A stretch of DNA of 64,000 nt from Octopus vulgaris (Eukaryota): positions 106,268,001 through 106,332,000 of the forward strand of contig OX597815.1 in NCBI GenBank assembly GCA_951406725.2, written 5' to 3'. The notes under the pieces are model-generated. The model saw only the letters and a list, made by a program, of their open reading frames with translations, did not search any database and was not told the origin of the DNA. Shown here in pieces: positions 1-12,767 of this stretch (position 1 is its first letter; the number at the start of each line of letters is the position of its first letter). The translations under genes and the position numbers were made by a program.

Positions 1-1089
1 AACTTTTAAAGGATTTAATGTTTAACCCTGAAACAGCAGAAAAAGGTTCCATAAATGTGTGTGCCAAATGGACAAACAAACAAAAGCTATCACTTTTCTA
101 AAGGATAATTTTTATATTTATTTTCACTTGAAATAAGTACAATTGCTATAAAAATTATCAGTCTCTTGCACAGTAAAATTTACAATCTCATTATCAAAAA
201 GTGCCATAAAATATTCAATTTCTTTTGATGATGTCCACTGTTTAAAGGTTAAGATCTTTACAACTAGTCAAGCTGAAAGGGGCTTTTTTATAATGGCTTC
301 GCAAGAGGAGAAGGGTATCTCCCACAGCTTCCATGTTTCGTGATAGAAACAGTGTAAGTTAGCCTCACTCAAGGGATATGGACTGAATGCTTGTTGCAAC
401 AAAGTGGACTGTGCTCAGGGTACCCAAGTATCAGTGGGTAGTGTTAAACTAATGTCAGAAATTACAATTGTGCTTGTCTAGTCATATATGTAGTTGTTCT
501 TCCACACAATGTGGTACTGCAGCATGTCTTTAGCTATGATAGCCAAAACAAAACATTGGCCCTATAGCTGTGGAGTTGAACAGCTAGTTTACTGACCATG
601 CAGGCCTGAGATCATATCTTACTACAGACATGTTGCTGTAACTCTATGTAAAATACATGTCTGTAAGACCAAACTAAAGTGTATTACAGCTATATTGGTC
701 CCACATCATCTTCACACTTGACTAGTTAATAGTATGCAAACTGCATTATTCAGCCAACAATGTACAAATGTTCATATTTGCTCACCCATACCACACACAT
801 TGTTCCATTTAGTCACAGAAGTATGAACTGTGCCATTGACTTATTCAAGTCCTTGAATTTCTTTAGGTCGAGTGCTTATAGAGTGGTTCACTGTACTTCC
901 ACATAGAACCTATTTTACAGCTTAATGGATCCAATCAGGGAAACCATAACCTCTAAAATATGGCACACATTACCAAGTCTTGCTTGCTTATGAATGATGC
1001 TTGTGTGTGTGTGTATTGGAAGATGGACATTAAACAATGATGATATATGACAAAAGAACAATGCCACCTACATATATATATATGTAGGA

Positions 1090-1857
1090 TAGCTGTGTGA
1101 AAAAGTGTCACACCCTCGCAGTTGAGGGAACCTGTGGTAGAGGAAGACCTAGGATGAAGTGGTGAAGCACGACCTTTGAACATTAGGCCTCACTGAGGCA
1201 ATGACTAGTGACTGAAACCTTTGGAAATATGTTGTGCTTGAGTAGACCCGGCAAGCCAAGTCAGACCATAACCCGTGGCCTATGCCAGTGGTGTAACCAG
1301 CCCATTTACGCATACCTTTCCTTGGACACTAAACTCTGCTTGCAAAGACCTGTTGAGGCAAATGAAATTGAAATCAAATGCAATGACAGCACTGCATGAC
1401 TGGCATCCATGCTAGTGGAGCGCTAAGAGCACCATCCGAGCATGATTGTTGCCAGGGCCACTGACTCGCTTCCATGCCTGTGGCACGTAAAAAGCACTAT
1501 TCGAGCATAATTGTTACCAGCATCGCCTTACTGGCACTTGTGCCAGTGGCACATGAAAAACTACATTCAAGCGAGGTCATTGCCAGTGCCACTAGACTGG
1601 CTCCTGTGCAGGTGGCACATAAAAAACACCATTTGAGCGTGGCTGTTGCCAGTACCACCTGACTGGCCCTCATGCCAGTGGCATGTAAAAGCACCCACTA
1701 CACTCTTGGAGTGGTTGGCGTTAAGAAGGATATCCAGCTGTAGAAACTTTGCCAGATCAGATTGGAGCCTGGTGTAGCCATCTGGCTCACCAGTCCTCAG
1801 TTAAACCCATGCCAGCATGGAAAGCGGACGTTAAACAATGATGATGATGATGATGAT
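1090..1857 (+). mobile_element. RTE-clade LINE 3' fragment (end of ORF, 3'UTR with subrepeats, (GAT)n tail)
   Basis: Encodes degenerate CVKKCHTLAVEGTCGRGRPR-type C-terminus matching copy at 40902-41430; ends in ttaaacaatgatgatgat tail. Confidence 0.85.
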
Positions 1858-2440
1858 ACTATTGTAAAAGATAAATATTTTTTTACAATGATACAAGACC
1901 AAAAATGTCTTCTGGAGGAATATAGTTGATTGAACTAATGCATACTAGTTTTAATTTTATTAACATAACTAGTTTTAATTTTATTAACCCTGAAATGAAA
2001 GGAAAAACTGACTTAAGTAAGAACTCAAGGAGGCATAACTTAATATTACTAAGTAACTGATACCCAACCATTTCTGTTGTTCTCTTCATCATCATTTAGT
2101 GTCTGTTTTCTATGCTGATATGGATTAGATAGTTTGATTGGAACTTATAAACCAGAGAGCTGCACCAGGCTTCAGTCTGTTGTGGCTTGGCTTCTACAAC
2201 AGGATGCCCTTCCTAACACCAACCACTCCACAAAGTGTACTATCTGCCTTTAACATGTCACCAGCACAGGTGCCTTTTATATGCCACCAGGACAAAACTA
2301 ATAAAACAGAAATGAATAAAACTTTCTGTGTGTTTTAAAAGGCAAACATGACTTTCCTATGAATCAACTAATTAAACAAAAATGTATCCAAAGAATTTAC
2401 TACAAATAATCATTGGTTAATCAATGTTTGATTTATAGAT

Positions 2441-2810
2441 AATAATAATAATAATAATTGTGTACAGTGCTCAGGTGCACTACAACTCATCTAAAGTGTA
2501 TATATAATCAGGTGTAGTTTCGACGGATTTCGGAAAGCATGAGGGCCTTAAAAGATGCAGTGTCATGGCAGTCAACAACTGACGCAGGCAGTTTATTCCA
2601 TGCTTCAGCAACTCTGAGCGTGAAAAAATGTTTCCGAAAGTCATGGGAGCTGTATTGTTTTCTGACTTTGTAGGCATGTCCACGTGTGTTAGACACATGG
2701 AGATCAAAAAGGTGTTCAGTGTTGTTGTTGGTGAGGTGGTTGATAACTTTGTGGGTGTTTACCAAGTCCGTCGCCAAACGCCGGAGCTTGATAGCAATAG
2801 AAATTATTTG
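2441..2810 (-). mobile_element. CR1-like LINE 3' fragment with (TTA)n tail
   Basis: ORF 2508..2813 has NTRGHAYKVRKQ...RKHFFTLRVAEAWNKLPASVV, typical CR1/L2-group ORF2 C-terminus; (aat)n at 2441-2458. Confidence 0.85.
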
Positions 2811-2868
2811 CAAAGATTGTCACTATCATTTGGTTATGTTATAATTTTTTCTTAATATTCTTTTGCAG

Positions 2869-3030
2869 GGCCGAGAGAAAATGCCCTCCTATTGGCTAGG
2901 TGCTTTCTTCAGACCAAAAATGTTTTTATCCATCTTCAGGAGAGAGTTTATCTGCAAAATGTCAATTGAAAATAATGATTATGAAACAATAACAGTTCAT
3001 ACAGTGATCACAGGAAGAGATAAAGATCAT
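2869..3030 (+). CDS. Dynein heavy chain-like protein, penultimate coding exon (GREKMPSYWLGAFFRPKMFLSIFRREF...GRDKDH)
   Basis: ttttgcag acceptor, gtattt donor, 162 nt phase 0/0; YWLGAFFRPKMFL resembles the FWLSGFFFPQxFL motif of the dynein heavy chain C-terminal domain. Confidence 0.8.
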
Positions 3031-4109
3031 GTATTTATTAATTTTGTTTTTACTTTCTTTCTCTTTTATAGTTAGGCTTTAAAGAAGGGATTTTGTCCAT
3101 AGCCTTCATGGACCCTCTGAGGTTGATGATGTCAGTGTAGTTGATGTTCTGTTGGATGTTAGTTATGGTTGCAAGAAAAACACAAGCAAAGAAAGAGAAT
3201 TTCTTGAGGACTGGCATTCTGGAAATGAGCTGGAAAAATGGTTAATGCCAGGCTTGGTGGTGGTTATGATAGGGTACTGTACAAGAGGAAGAGAAACGAA
3301 TGAGCAAGGTATCCAAGAGATCTCACTACCACAAGAAGTGTGGCCACTGTGGTTTTTATAGAAGGGTATATCGTCATCACCATCAACAACTCTTGGACAT
3401 TACTGCCTCAAGTTCTAGGAGTTGTAGGGTTAGCTACTTGGTTTCCATGACAAATAAGTGACCAAGATCACAACATTCCATCTGAACAGGATGCCAGTCT
3501 GTCACAGGGTTACTCATTTACTACTAAGGTAACTGGAACAATGTGAAGTGTTTCATTCAAGAACTCAACACACTGCCCTGGAATCAATACCACAGTCTTC
3601 AATCTTGAATCAATAGCAAAGAGACATGACTACAGAAGAACTAACATTCTACTGTTCTAATATATTATCAAAATGACAATCCAAGTAACTATATTTCCAT
3701 ATTAACACAATAGTACATTGGCACAGGAACACATACAAAGGTGGTGGGAGTAGCAATGATTAAATTGTCCCCAGTATATATTTTACCATTTCTAGAGGAA
3801 GAAAAGTAAAATTGAACTCTAAAATTGTCGCATCTAAGCTCAGAATTTTTGAGGGATAGATTTGCTTGACTGTCTATAGAAAGTTGGTGTTAAATCCAAA
3901 CTCATTAAACACAACTGTTATTCTGTTACTTAGGTTATCAAGTTATTGTTAGGGATAGTAGCTAAAACAGAGAGGAAGTTAGAGAATACCAGGGAGTTGT
4001 TAGTTTTGTTATCAATAAAGGATTTCTCTCTTTTTCTATGAGATGCAAAACTGCTTGAAGAAAGAATATTTTCAAATATTGTGTACCCTGGACTATATTA
4101 ATATTTTAT

Positions 4110-4470
4110 TCTTTTATTTGTTTCAGTCATTTGACTGTAGCCATGCTGGAGCACTGCCTTGAAATCGACTCCCAGGACTTATTTTTTTAAGCCTAGTTAT
4201 TCTATCAGTCTCTACCGAACCACTAAAGTTACAGGCACATAAACACACCAACACTGGCTGTCAGAGTGATTGTGGGACAGACACACACACACATATATAC
4301 ATATATATACAATGGGCTTCTTTCAATTTCCGTCTACCAAATCCATTCACAAGGCTTTGGTCAGCCCGAAGCTATAGAAGACACTTGCCCAAGGTGCCAC
4401 ACAGTGGGATTGAACCAAGAACCATGTGGTTGGGAAGCAAGCTTCTTACCACACAGTCACACCTGTGCCT
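4110..4470 (-). mobile_element. tRNA-derived SINE (CORE-like central domain), family of 47261-47635
   Basis: Reverse complement matches ggcacaggtgtgactgtgtggtaagaagcttgcttcccaaccacatggttc...gtggcaccttgggcaagtgtctt head of the 47261 copy. Confidence 0.8.
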
Positions 4471-4829
4471 TTCAGACAATTGTGTCTACATAAATATGAT
4501 GCCCAATTTGAAACACCTGAGATATTTATAATTTAGAGTCGTTTCTTGGAGACATTTTATTATTATACTCTCTAGGCCATACTTTATGTTGTTATGTCAA
4601 AGCTCCCCACTGCTTTCAATCACATTTTGAAATTGTTCACTTTGGTTCTGCAGATGGCCTTAGGAAAGGTCACGATATTCTCTTTCTTTAACAACAGAGC
4701 AGTAGTAACATATGAGATAAAAAAAAAGGTGATGTGTGCTGTGGTATAGAAAGGCCAAGGGAGATGTTCAAATTGTTGAAGTTCATGGATGAGATGATGC
4801 AGGATTAAGACAAAGTTTTTTTCTGTACT

Positions 4830-5695
4830 ACAACCATCGTGGTGATATAGAGGATCTTCGTCGATGCCTCCACCAAATTTGGAGGTGGTCTAACGAATGG
4901 GACCTGTGTCTGAACGTGTCAAAGTGCTGTCATCTGCCTGTTGGCTCTCCTCCTGTAACTCAACTTGATTTCGAGCCGGGTCGTCTGCTGCTGGAGAGGA
5001 CCGATCAGGTAAAGGACCTGGGTATCTTGGTGGATTTCTCCTTTTCGCCTTCGACCCAGTGCATCCATGCTACCAACAAAGCACGCGGAATTCTGTTCTT
5101 GATTCGACGGTCATTCGGAATGCTCACAGCAGCCATATTCCTACCGCTCTATGTCACGCTGGTGAGACCCTTATTGGAGTATGGGATTCAAGCCTCTTCT
5201 CCTTATCTCCTCAAAGACATACAGCATCTCGAAAGAGTCCAGAAGCTGGCTACCCGCATGGTTCATGGTCTCAAGAATTTGTCTTATGAAGAAAGGCTAA
5301 AGACGCTCGACCTTTATTCTCTAGAAAAACGCCACCGCCGTGGTGATCTCATTCTCGCTCACAACACCATAAGCGGAAAGTGTAACCTCTCGAAAGAGCT
5401 GTTCTTCACTCCTGCTCCAGAGCGTCTGCTGTGGGGTCATTCCGAAAAGCTCTATCTACGACGATTTCATCTCAATCAAAGGAGAGGGGCTTTCTCTGTC
5501 CGGGTTGCGGATCCGTGGAACAAGCTGCCAGACGAGATGGTGAAGATGCCGACGACCGCTTTGTTCAAAGTCTCCCTTGACCTCAAGTGGCCTGAACTCT
5601 TTACATGAACACCACCCTGTACATAACTCCATGTCCCCCTACATGGCCTTGCTTTTTGCTTTTTGAGCCAAAAATTAACTAACTAACTAACTAAC
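4830..5695 (+). mobile_element. CR1-like LINE, 5'-truncated, ORF2 C-terminal part still open, (AACT)n tail
   Basis: Open frame ~4838-5608: WRWSNEWDLCLNVSKC, KDLGILVD, LYVTLVRPLLEYG, LERVQKLATRMV, RRGDLI, RVADPWNKLP; tail aactaactaactaac at ~5677-5695. Confidence 0.9.
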
Positions 5696-5851
5696 ATCCA
5701 ATTCATACCAATTTGAAACAATGGATGTTAGAATGATGAGAGTCATAGTTCTGATGATAATTTGGTGAATGTGTTTCATTACCCATCATTTCTTCGTTTT
5801 TGTTTTGTGTGTGTATTCCATTAATCACATGATCTTGTTTTATATTTAAAG

Positions 5852-6148
5852 ATCCGAGAGCCACCAGCTGAAGGAGTTTTCATTTATGGAATCTACTCAT
5901 GGGATTTCTTTTGGGACAGAACTTCTGGACAGGTGTTAGATACAGTTACAAAAGGATCGCCAACTCAATTACCAGTAATTCATGTATATTACAGTCTGAA
6001 TGTGAAGGAGAACATCTACCCATGTCCTGTCTATGGATCACGCTCCAATGACAATAAATCAGTACTAGAGGTTGACATTTATAAAGAAAACACATCACCA
6101 ATTCATTGGTCCCTCCAAGGTATTATGGCAACTCTACAACCTTTCTAA
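5852..6148 (+). CDS. Dynein heavy chain-like protein, terminal coding exon (IREPPAEGVFIYGIYSWDFFWD...YPCPVY...HWSLQGIMATLQPF*)
   Basis: ttaaag acceptor, phase 0 continues exon 2869-3030; PPxEGVxxxG, YxCPVY and HWxLxG motifs match the dynein heavy chain C-terminus; TAA at 6146-6148. Confidence 0.85.
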   Translation: MREPPAEGVFIYGIYSWDFFWDRTSGQVLDTVTKGSPTQLPVIHVYYSLNVKENIYPCPVYGSRSNDNKSVLEVDIYKENTSPIHWSLQGIMATLQPF

Positions 6149-6482
6149 ATTATAGATAACATAATTATAGATGTCATCTGTAAAAAAAATATATGTATTT
6201 CTAGGCTGGTGTGTTAAGATGTTATACCCTACTGCACTTCACAATATATCTATAGACTTTATATTTTATGTATAGACAGGTGTATAACAGTGCTGCTGTG
6301 TTGATATTTCATGAGCAACTGAGTAACCTCTTTAACTATCCAGAGATACTACTTAAGCCCTTAGTAATAATGGGTTTGTAAGTAAACTTGATATACTCTG
6401 TACTGTGTATGGCATTGAAACAAAACACTACAGATGTTCTATTAATTGAACTAGCTATCAAGAATGTTTTATATATCCAAAA

Positions 6483-6803
6483 TATAAACCTGCTATTACT
6501 GAACTTAAGTAAACTGATAGGTCAGTTTCATCATCATCATCATCGTTTAACGTCTGCTTTCCATGCTAGCATGTGTTGGACGATTTTGACTGAGGCCTGG
6601 CGAACCAGATGGCTGCACCAGGCTCCAATCTTGATCTGTAGAAACTCTGCCAGATCAAGATTGGAGCCTGGTGCAGCCATCTGGTTCACCAGGCCTCAGT
6701 CAAAATCATCCAACCCATGCTAGCATGGAAAGCAGATGTTAAACGATGATGATGATGAAACTGACCTATCAGTTTACTTAAGTTCAGTAATAGCGGGTTT
6801 ATA
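6483..6803. repeat. Near-perfect inverted repeat (arms 6483-6638 and 6651-6803, 12-nt spacer)
   Basis: tataaacctgctattactgaacttaagtaaactgataggtcagtttcatcat...ttgatctg is the reverse complement of cagatcaa...gatgaaactgacctatcagtttacttaagttcagtaatagcgggtttata. Confidence 0.95.
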
Positions 6804-7460
6804 AACAACTTATCTATAGACAGAGGTTACTCAGTTGCTGACGAAATCCCAATACAGTTGAAATTAGTCTGGCTGATTCTTCTTTTCTATCCACAAAGAT
6901 AATATAGACACAAGTTGTTTACAGCTATTACATGCTTTGTTGGCTAAAATCTATCGATATATTCTGTAGTACTGTGTAGTATCAATATCATGACCAGCAG
7001 CATCATGTCCACTTTCCAAGGTCGGCAAGGGTTGAGCAGTTCAAGGACATCAGTGTCTTAGTTTTGGCATGGTTTCTACAGCTGGACGCCCTTCCTAATG
7101 GCAACTGCTTTATAGAGCATACTGATTGCACTTCATGGCAAGTGGAAGACACACACCACACAGATACACACACAACAAGTTTCAATGAAATCTACTCTCG
7201 AAGCTTTGGTCAGCCCCAAGCTTATAATGGAAGACGTTTGCCCAAAATGCTCTACAGTGGGACTGAACCCAAGTTAAAATGGTTGGGAAGCAAACTTCTT
7301 AACCACATAGCCACATTTGAAACAAATTATATAAAAAAAAAACAGTAATGAAAGAAACAAATTAATGTCACACACACAACAAATAAGCCAACAAGCGATA
7401 AAACATATAAACATAACTTTAATCAATAAATACATAAATATTTAGTAAATGTTACAAACA

Positions 7461-7466
7461 TTTATT
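7461..7466 (-). promoter_or_regulatory. Candidate poly(A) signal of TMEM181 (AATAAA on - strand)
   Basis: tttatt on + strand, followed on the - strand by a GT/T-rich tract (~7365-7420); ends a long, mostly repeat-poor AT-rich stretch downstream of the TMEM181 stop. Confidence 0.35.
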
Positions 7467-8329
7467 TAGAAAATACAATAAATTAATTTCATGCTTTATA
7501 TTTTATAGTTATTTTTGTACATTATTTTACAGAATTCAGAAGTGTATTGAAAATTTGACAAAATAGTAATGCTGAACACAACCTAAAATATAAAACTGAA
7601 TTTAGAATGTAATAATTTTCAAGTTAGAGATAGAGGTGTGGTCAATTGAATTAACTACTATTATGTTGCTGATACTTACTTTATTGTTGCTAACCCTCCA
7701 CCCACTCAGATAGGATTTGAACTTGGAATGTGAAAAGACATAACTAAATACCACGAAGCATTCTGTTCATCATGTACACATTGTCATTCACTTCCTTTAA
7801 TAATCCAAAAACATTTGAAAATAGAGAATAAGCAACATAACACAAGAAAAATGTATACATACATGTATATATGTGTATATGCACACACAGTAACATGTGT
7901 GTAAACATTATAGTACTCAATACATGCTTGCAGTGAAGTATGTTGAGTCTGTTGTGTTTATAGGTAACTAAATAATTAAATTTATAGCATGATTTCGAAG
8001 TGAAGTTTATCTTCATGGATGTAATGAAGAGGTTCAGTTCATCATGTTTCACTTGTTACTTATATGAAACCATAGTATCAATTTAACTATACAGTTACCT
8101 ACACTATATAAAAAGCAGTATAAATTGTTTAATGCATATATTTCAAAACTAAGATTCAATGCTGACATGGTTTAACTTGTTCAAACAAATCTGCCACAGT
8201 TCATTTGTCCTCTCACCCAATATTGCAGAATTAAAAAGTTGATCAGTCCCGACTACATGGCTAAGTTTATTAAGTCCTGTAGACAAGGAATCTGACAGGA
8301 GCACAAGGCCACACATCATGATGGACGGT

Positions 8330-8702
8330 ATAGTCGATTAGATTGATCCCAGTATTTGTCTTCTGTTTCAGTGACCTTGGAAAGATGAGAAGCAAAGTTG
8401 ACCTCAGTGGGATTTGGACTGGAAATATAAAGGGACATAACTACACACTGCAAGGCATTTAATACTTTGCTCTATTATTTCAGCCTGTCACCATTCTGTG
8501 CATAATCCTAATATAGGATTTGGAGGTAGGAGATAGTTAATTACATTGACCATAGTGCTCAACTGGTACTTATTTCGTCAACCTCCAAAAGGGTGAAAGC
8601 AAAGTCAATCTTGGCGGAATTTGAACTTAGAACACGAAGACAGATGTAATACCGCTAAGCATTTTGATTGGCATGCTAATGATTCTGCCAACTCACTACC
8701 TT
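8330..8702 (-). mobile_element. Two degraded copies of the SINE family seen at 28946-29415
   Basis: gaccttggaaagatgagaagcaaagttgacctcagtgggatttg and ggtgaaagcaaagtcaatcttggcggaatttgaacttagaac match the 29118-29351 copy. Confidence 0.7.
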
Positions 8703-9241
8703 CATAATGAATGTAATAATAATGCAAATCAGGTGACATTTTTAACACCACATCTACTACAGATGACCTTCACTAAAATATTGTGTATGAGTCAGCAACA
8801 AGTGATGTAAAGCAGATACTTTATTAAATAGATTAACCTGTCTTTGAGGTATTAGTAATTAGAAATGTGACATGAAATTCAGGTGTTACAGAGTATACGT
8901 ATGTAGTTAGAATTAACAATAAGATGGATAAAGAGAACATATAACATAAGCTGGTTATAGAGAACCAGAAAGACATAATGAAAGGGTCTGGAGGATTTGC
9001 AAAGACTATGAGCAGAGCCCATTCTTCCAGACCAAACCATTAAAAACATGAGAAGTCAATAGCAGATCTGACCAAGTAAAATGATGTAGAGGAAGTAAAA
9101 TGTACTTTGTACACAAGTTATTGCTAGAAAAGAACTTTGCACCTTCAGACTATGAATCTGGTATTCTATTGATATTTTTCTCAGCATACTTGCTGGCAAT
9201 CTTCAAATGATTTTTCTTTTCTAATTAACATGCATACATAT

Positions 9242-9273
<32 letters not shown>

Positions 9274-12028
9274 TGCCACTGGAACTGTGCTCAAAACAAA
9301 TTCAAAGTTAGAGTTGCTTATTGTTAAAAAGGTAAGTATCACACAGATATGTAGAAAAATATAATGCCTGGAGATAGACTAATTTAAATAATGACAATAG
9401 AAATATAAATGTGGAGATAAATAATAAACTTCAACTTTATGGAAACAAAAATGTAAAAAAATAAATCTGTATCAAACTCAAAACATTTGGATATATTTGT
9501 TGCAACTGAAATTATAACAATCTAACTTGGTATTCAAATATTGTGGTTGATAAATTAATTTCATCTCACTGATCAACTGGTTTTCAAGTGATACAGCTTA
9601 ACTCTTAAATCAAGAAACCATTTAAACATATTTCCTTAAAATTATTCATAAAACTAATATATTTAACTAATGGAATGTTTTCATTAGAACTTCAATTTTT
9701 TGTGTACAAAATTCAAATTTAACAAAAATATATAAAACAAAGTAGAATAAACTCCTTAGTTAAAGAAACCTACTGTGACTATAAAGTATGTGGAATCAAT
9801 AAAGAAAAATCAATCATTTTCTCTACTAGCTTACCTCACTGTTTCCACATAACCAATATCCTGAATCATCTGAAGAGTATCTTACATATTCAACTGAAAA
9901 TTACCTAACTGTATGATTCTTTTACTTCCCTATCAAAAACAAACCATCATGAGAATATATTTCCTTTAAATGGTTATCTGGAAGTGAGACTCCTCTTTAA
10001 AAACCTAAAGCTTGAAGATTAATTCATGAAATTTTGATAGGATTCTAATGAGAATTGAATTTGCACTCTTTGAAGTTGTCTTTTGAAGGGCTTTTTTTTA
10101 TTTACCCCAAACTTTCTTCACAGTAATTCTCAAAAAATATATATATATATATCATCATTTTGTTCATATTTTATGATGGCATGGGTTGATGACAGGAGTT
10201 AATAAAAGCCAAGGCTGCATCAGGCTCCATTGTCTGTCTTGGCTTGGTTTCTACAGCTGTATGTCCTTCCTAACACCAACCACTTTACAGAGAGAACTGA
10301 GTGCTTTTTACATGGTACCAGTACCAACAATATCACAAAGTAACTTACAATATATATATATTTTTTAATGAAAATCAAATATCTTTTACTTTTGCTGTGT
10401 GGTGACTACTGCAATTTTCATCACTTGTTTATTAAAAAAAGATACATCAATCTTCAATGCTAACTGCAAAAAAAAAGTAGCAAATATCTTTCCTTAGTGA
10501 TGTCATCAGCACCTTCAAGGTATAAATTTGTAAACAGGTAACTAGTTTCTCTTTGAAACTTTACAGCTTCACTTAGTTAAAATGTATGCTGTAAGTACAT
10601 TATAAAAATGGCTCCCAACATTTGTTCAAAGAATATTTACCTTTCACTTTCCTCATAACATTAACACTGAGATCTATGATTATTTTACAAGTGAAAAATT
10701 TTGAAAATAAATACAGAAGGGAATGTTATGAAAACCTGTTTACATTTTGCTTCACTTTTTTCCATTTTTGTGTTAGCAATATTATTTGATTATTAAAAAC
10801 AAAAAAATCAAATTTCTGAAGATAACTAAAATTGTTTTCACCATTTAAGAGAAAATACTGCCCAATCAAAGATGCTTGATATGAAAAATGAATACTAAAT
10901 TTGTGATTGTAGTTTTCACTAACAATCTGTCAACACAGATTATAAAACATTAAATGCACTACATGTTTCATATTTATATTAACTGGGAGTAACATAAACT
11001 CTCTCTTAAAATGAATGTGCTATACAGATCAATCCCACTTTGACTTTCTATAGAAAATAAAGGACTAAATGTTTAACCCCTACCATTGAAAATAACTGTC
11101 CTGTTCAGGGTTGTAGTAATTACAAAACAGAATGGAGTAAAATAATTCCTTGTTTCATTAACAGCTACAGTAATACCAAACATTCCAGATTTACTGTAAC
11201 ATTGAATATCAAAGTTATATTACAAAACTGAAAACTTGTTGGTTTCAGAATTAATGTCTTAATGTCTTACAGTGAGGAAAATAAAATGAATGAATGAATA
11301 ATCCACTCGAATAAAATAATGTTAATACCTTAATGACTTAGGGAAACAAAATGTATTAATAATCTAGTAGAATAAAATAATGTTTGTTCTAAAGGCTTCC
11401 TCCACCAAAAATATTATTTACAAATAATTAAAGTGTCCAGAATGTTCCCTGTATATCTAAAACAAATGTCTGCTCATCTCTCCAAATGCAATGGGTTTTG
11501 GTAATAAATGCAAATAGCTTTAATAATCACCATCTTTATCACAATGTCATAACAACTATGAAGATAATTTCTCCCACTCTACATGAAGACAAACATGATA
11601 GCTTAGAGATTAACAAGGTAAAATAAATAAAAAAGTTCCAAACAATAAATTCAATTAAAATATATTCAACATTAGAGTGAATCCTACAGTGTTTGTAGGA
11701 GTTAAATAAAATAGATATGAAATACTGTTACAAAGGAAATATATACACCCCAATATATACATAAAATGTCCTTCAAAACTTAAATGTAGATTGCTTTTTT
11801 GAGAAATATTTTACAAGAGAAAAATATTTGAAATGCATTAAGTAGTTCATCTCTTTCACTATTGCCAACTGAATTTTTATATTTCTTTAGAAACAGTCTT
11901 GCATATAAAATAAGAAGAAACTTTACCAACTCTTCTTTTGCAAAAATAAACAGAATTTAAAAACCAATATTATTGTAAACAACATGAATAAGCATTGTTA
12001 TGTTATAATTGTGAAGAAACTGGAGATT

Positions 12029-12110
12029 CTAGTGGAATGTATCATCATCGGTGTCATAACGATTCATTTGTCTCTGCCGACTTGTCAAGGAAACCTCTTC
12101 TTGGTCAGAA
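12029..12110 (-). CDS. TMEM181: TMEM181 last coding exon (SDQEEVSLTSRQRQMNRYDTDDDTFH*)
   Basis: ttgttgtag acceptor; phase 2 completes GG|T from exon 13874-13940; acidic tail; TAG at 12031-12029. Confidence 0.85.
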
Positions 12111-12730
12111 CTACAACAATAACAAGAAATTTCCATTAGACTATAACTACTTCAATAATATGGCAGATAAATTACTGAATAAAGAAGGTGAACAAAGTAC
12201 ATGAGAAAAACTAGTCAGAGGGAGAGTAGTATATAAAAAAAAAGATAAAAACATTGAAACCTGTCAATTGCTTCTCCCAGCTGGTTTTAAAGACAAGAAT
12301 CACTTCCATTCACATCAACTCATTTTCAAAAAATTTATCATTGATTTTATTGGAGTTATCTCTTGCTTCTTTTTAGATTTTTAACCCTTAGAGGGAGAAT
12401 TTATTACTGATTGCATGAAAGTTAGTTTTTCAACTCAATGTGTGTGTTAGTGCATCATTGTATCATTCAGACTAATCAGATGTTAAACACTAATGGTTAC
12501 AATGCGCTACTTCACATTGTTGTAGCGTTCAAATGACGTCACCCTGCTGGCCAGGTAGAAAGACCAACATTCTCCCTCAACAGAACATCAGTCTGTTGCA
12601 GAGTTACCTATTTACGATTGAGTGGAGAGACAACATGAAATGAAGTGTTTTGCTCAACACAATACTCTATCAGTCAAAGAATGGAAACTGTAACTGAGAG
12701 TGCAATACCCTAACCACTAGGCCACATGCC

Positions 12731-12767
<37 letters not shown>

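Noticed and set aside
245-360. Candidate additional dynein exon (aag|gtt...gtaagt)
   Set aside because: Stop codons in the frames I tested and no dynein motif
5852-12110. Apparent synteny with the human TMEM181-DYNLT1 neighbourhood
   Set aside because: The neighbour here is a heavy-chain C-terminus, unrelated to Tctex light chains; coincidence
11995-12204. 69-aa + strand ORF
   Set aside because: Antisense shadow of the TMEM181 last exon
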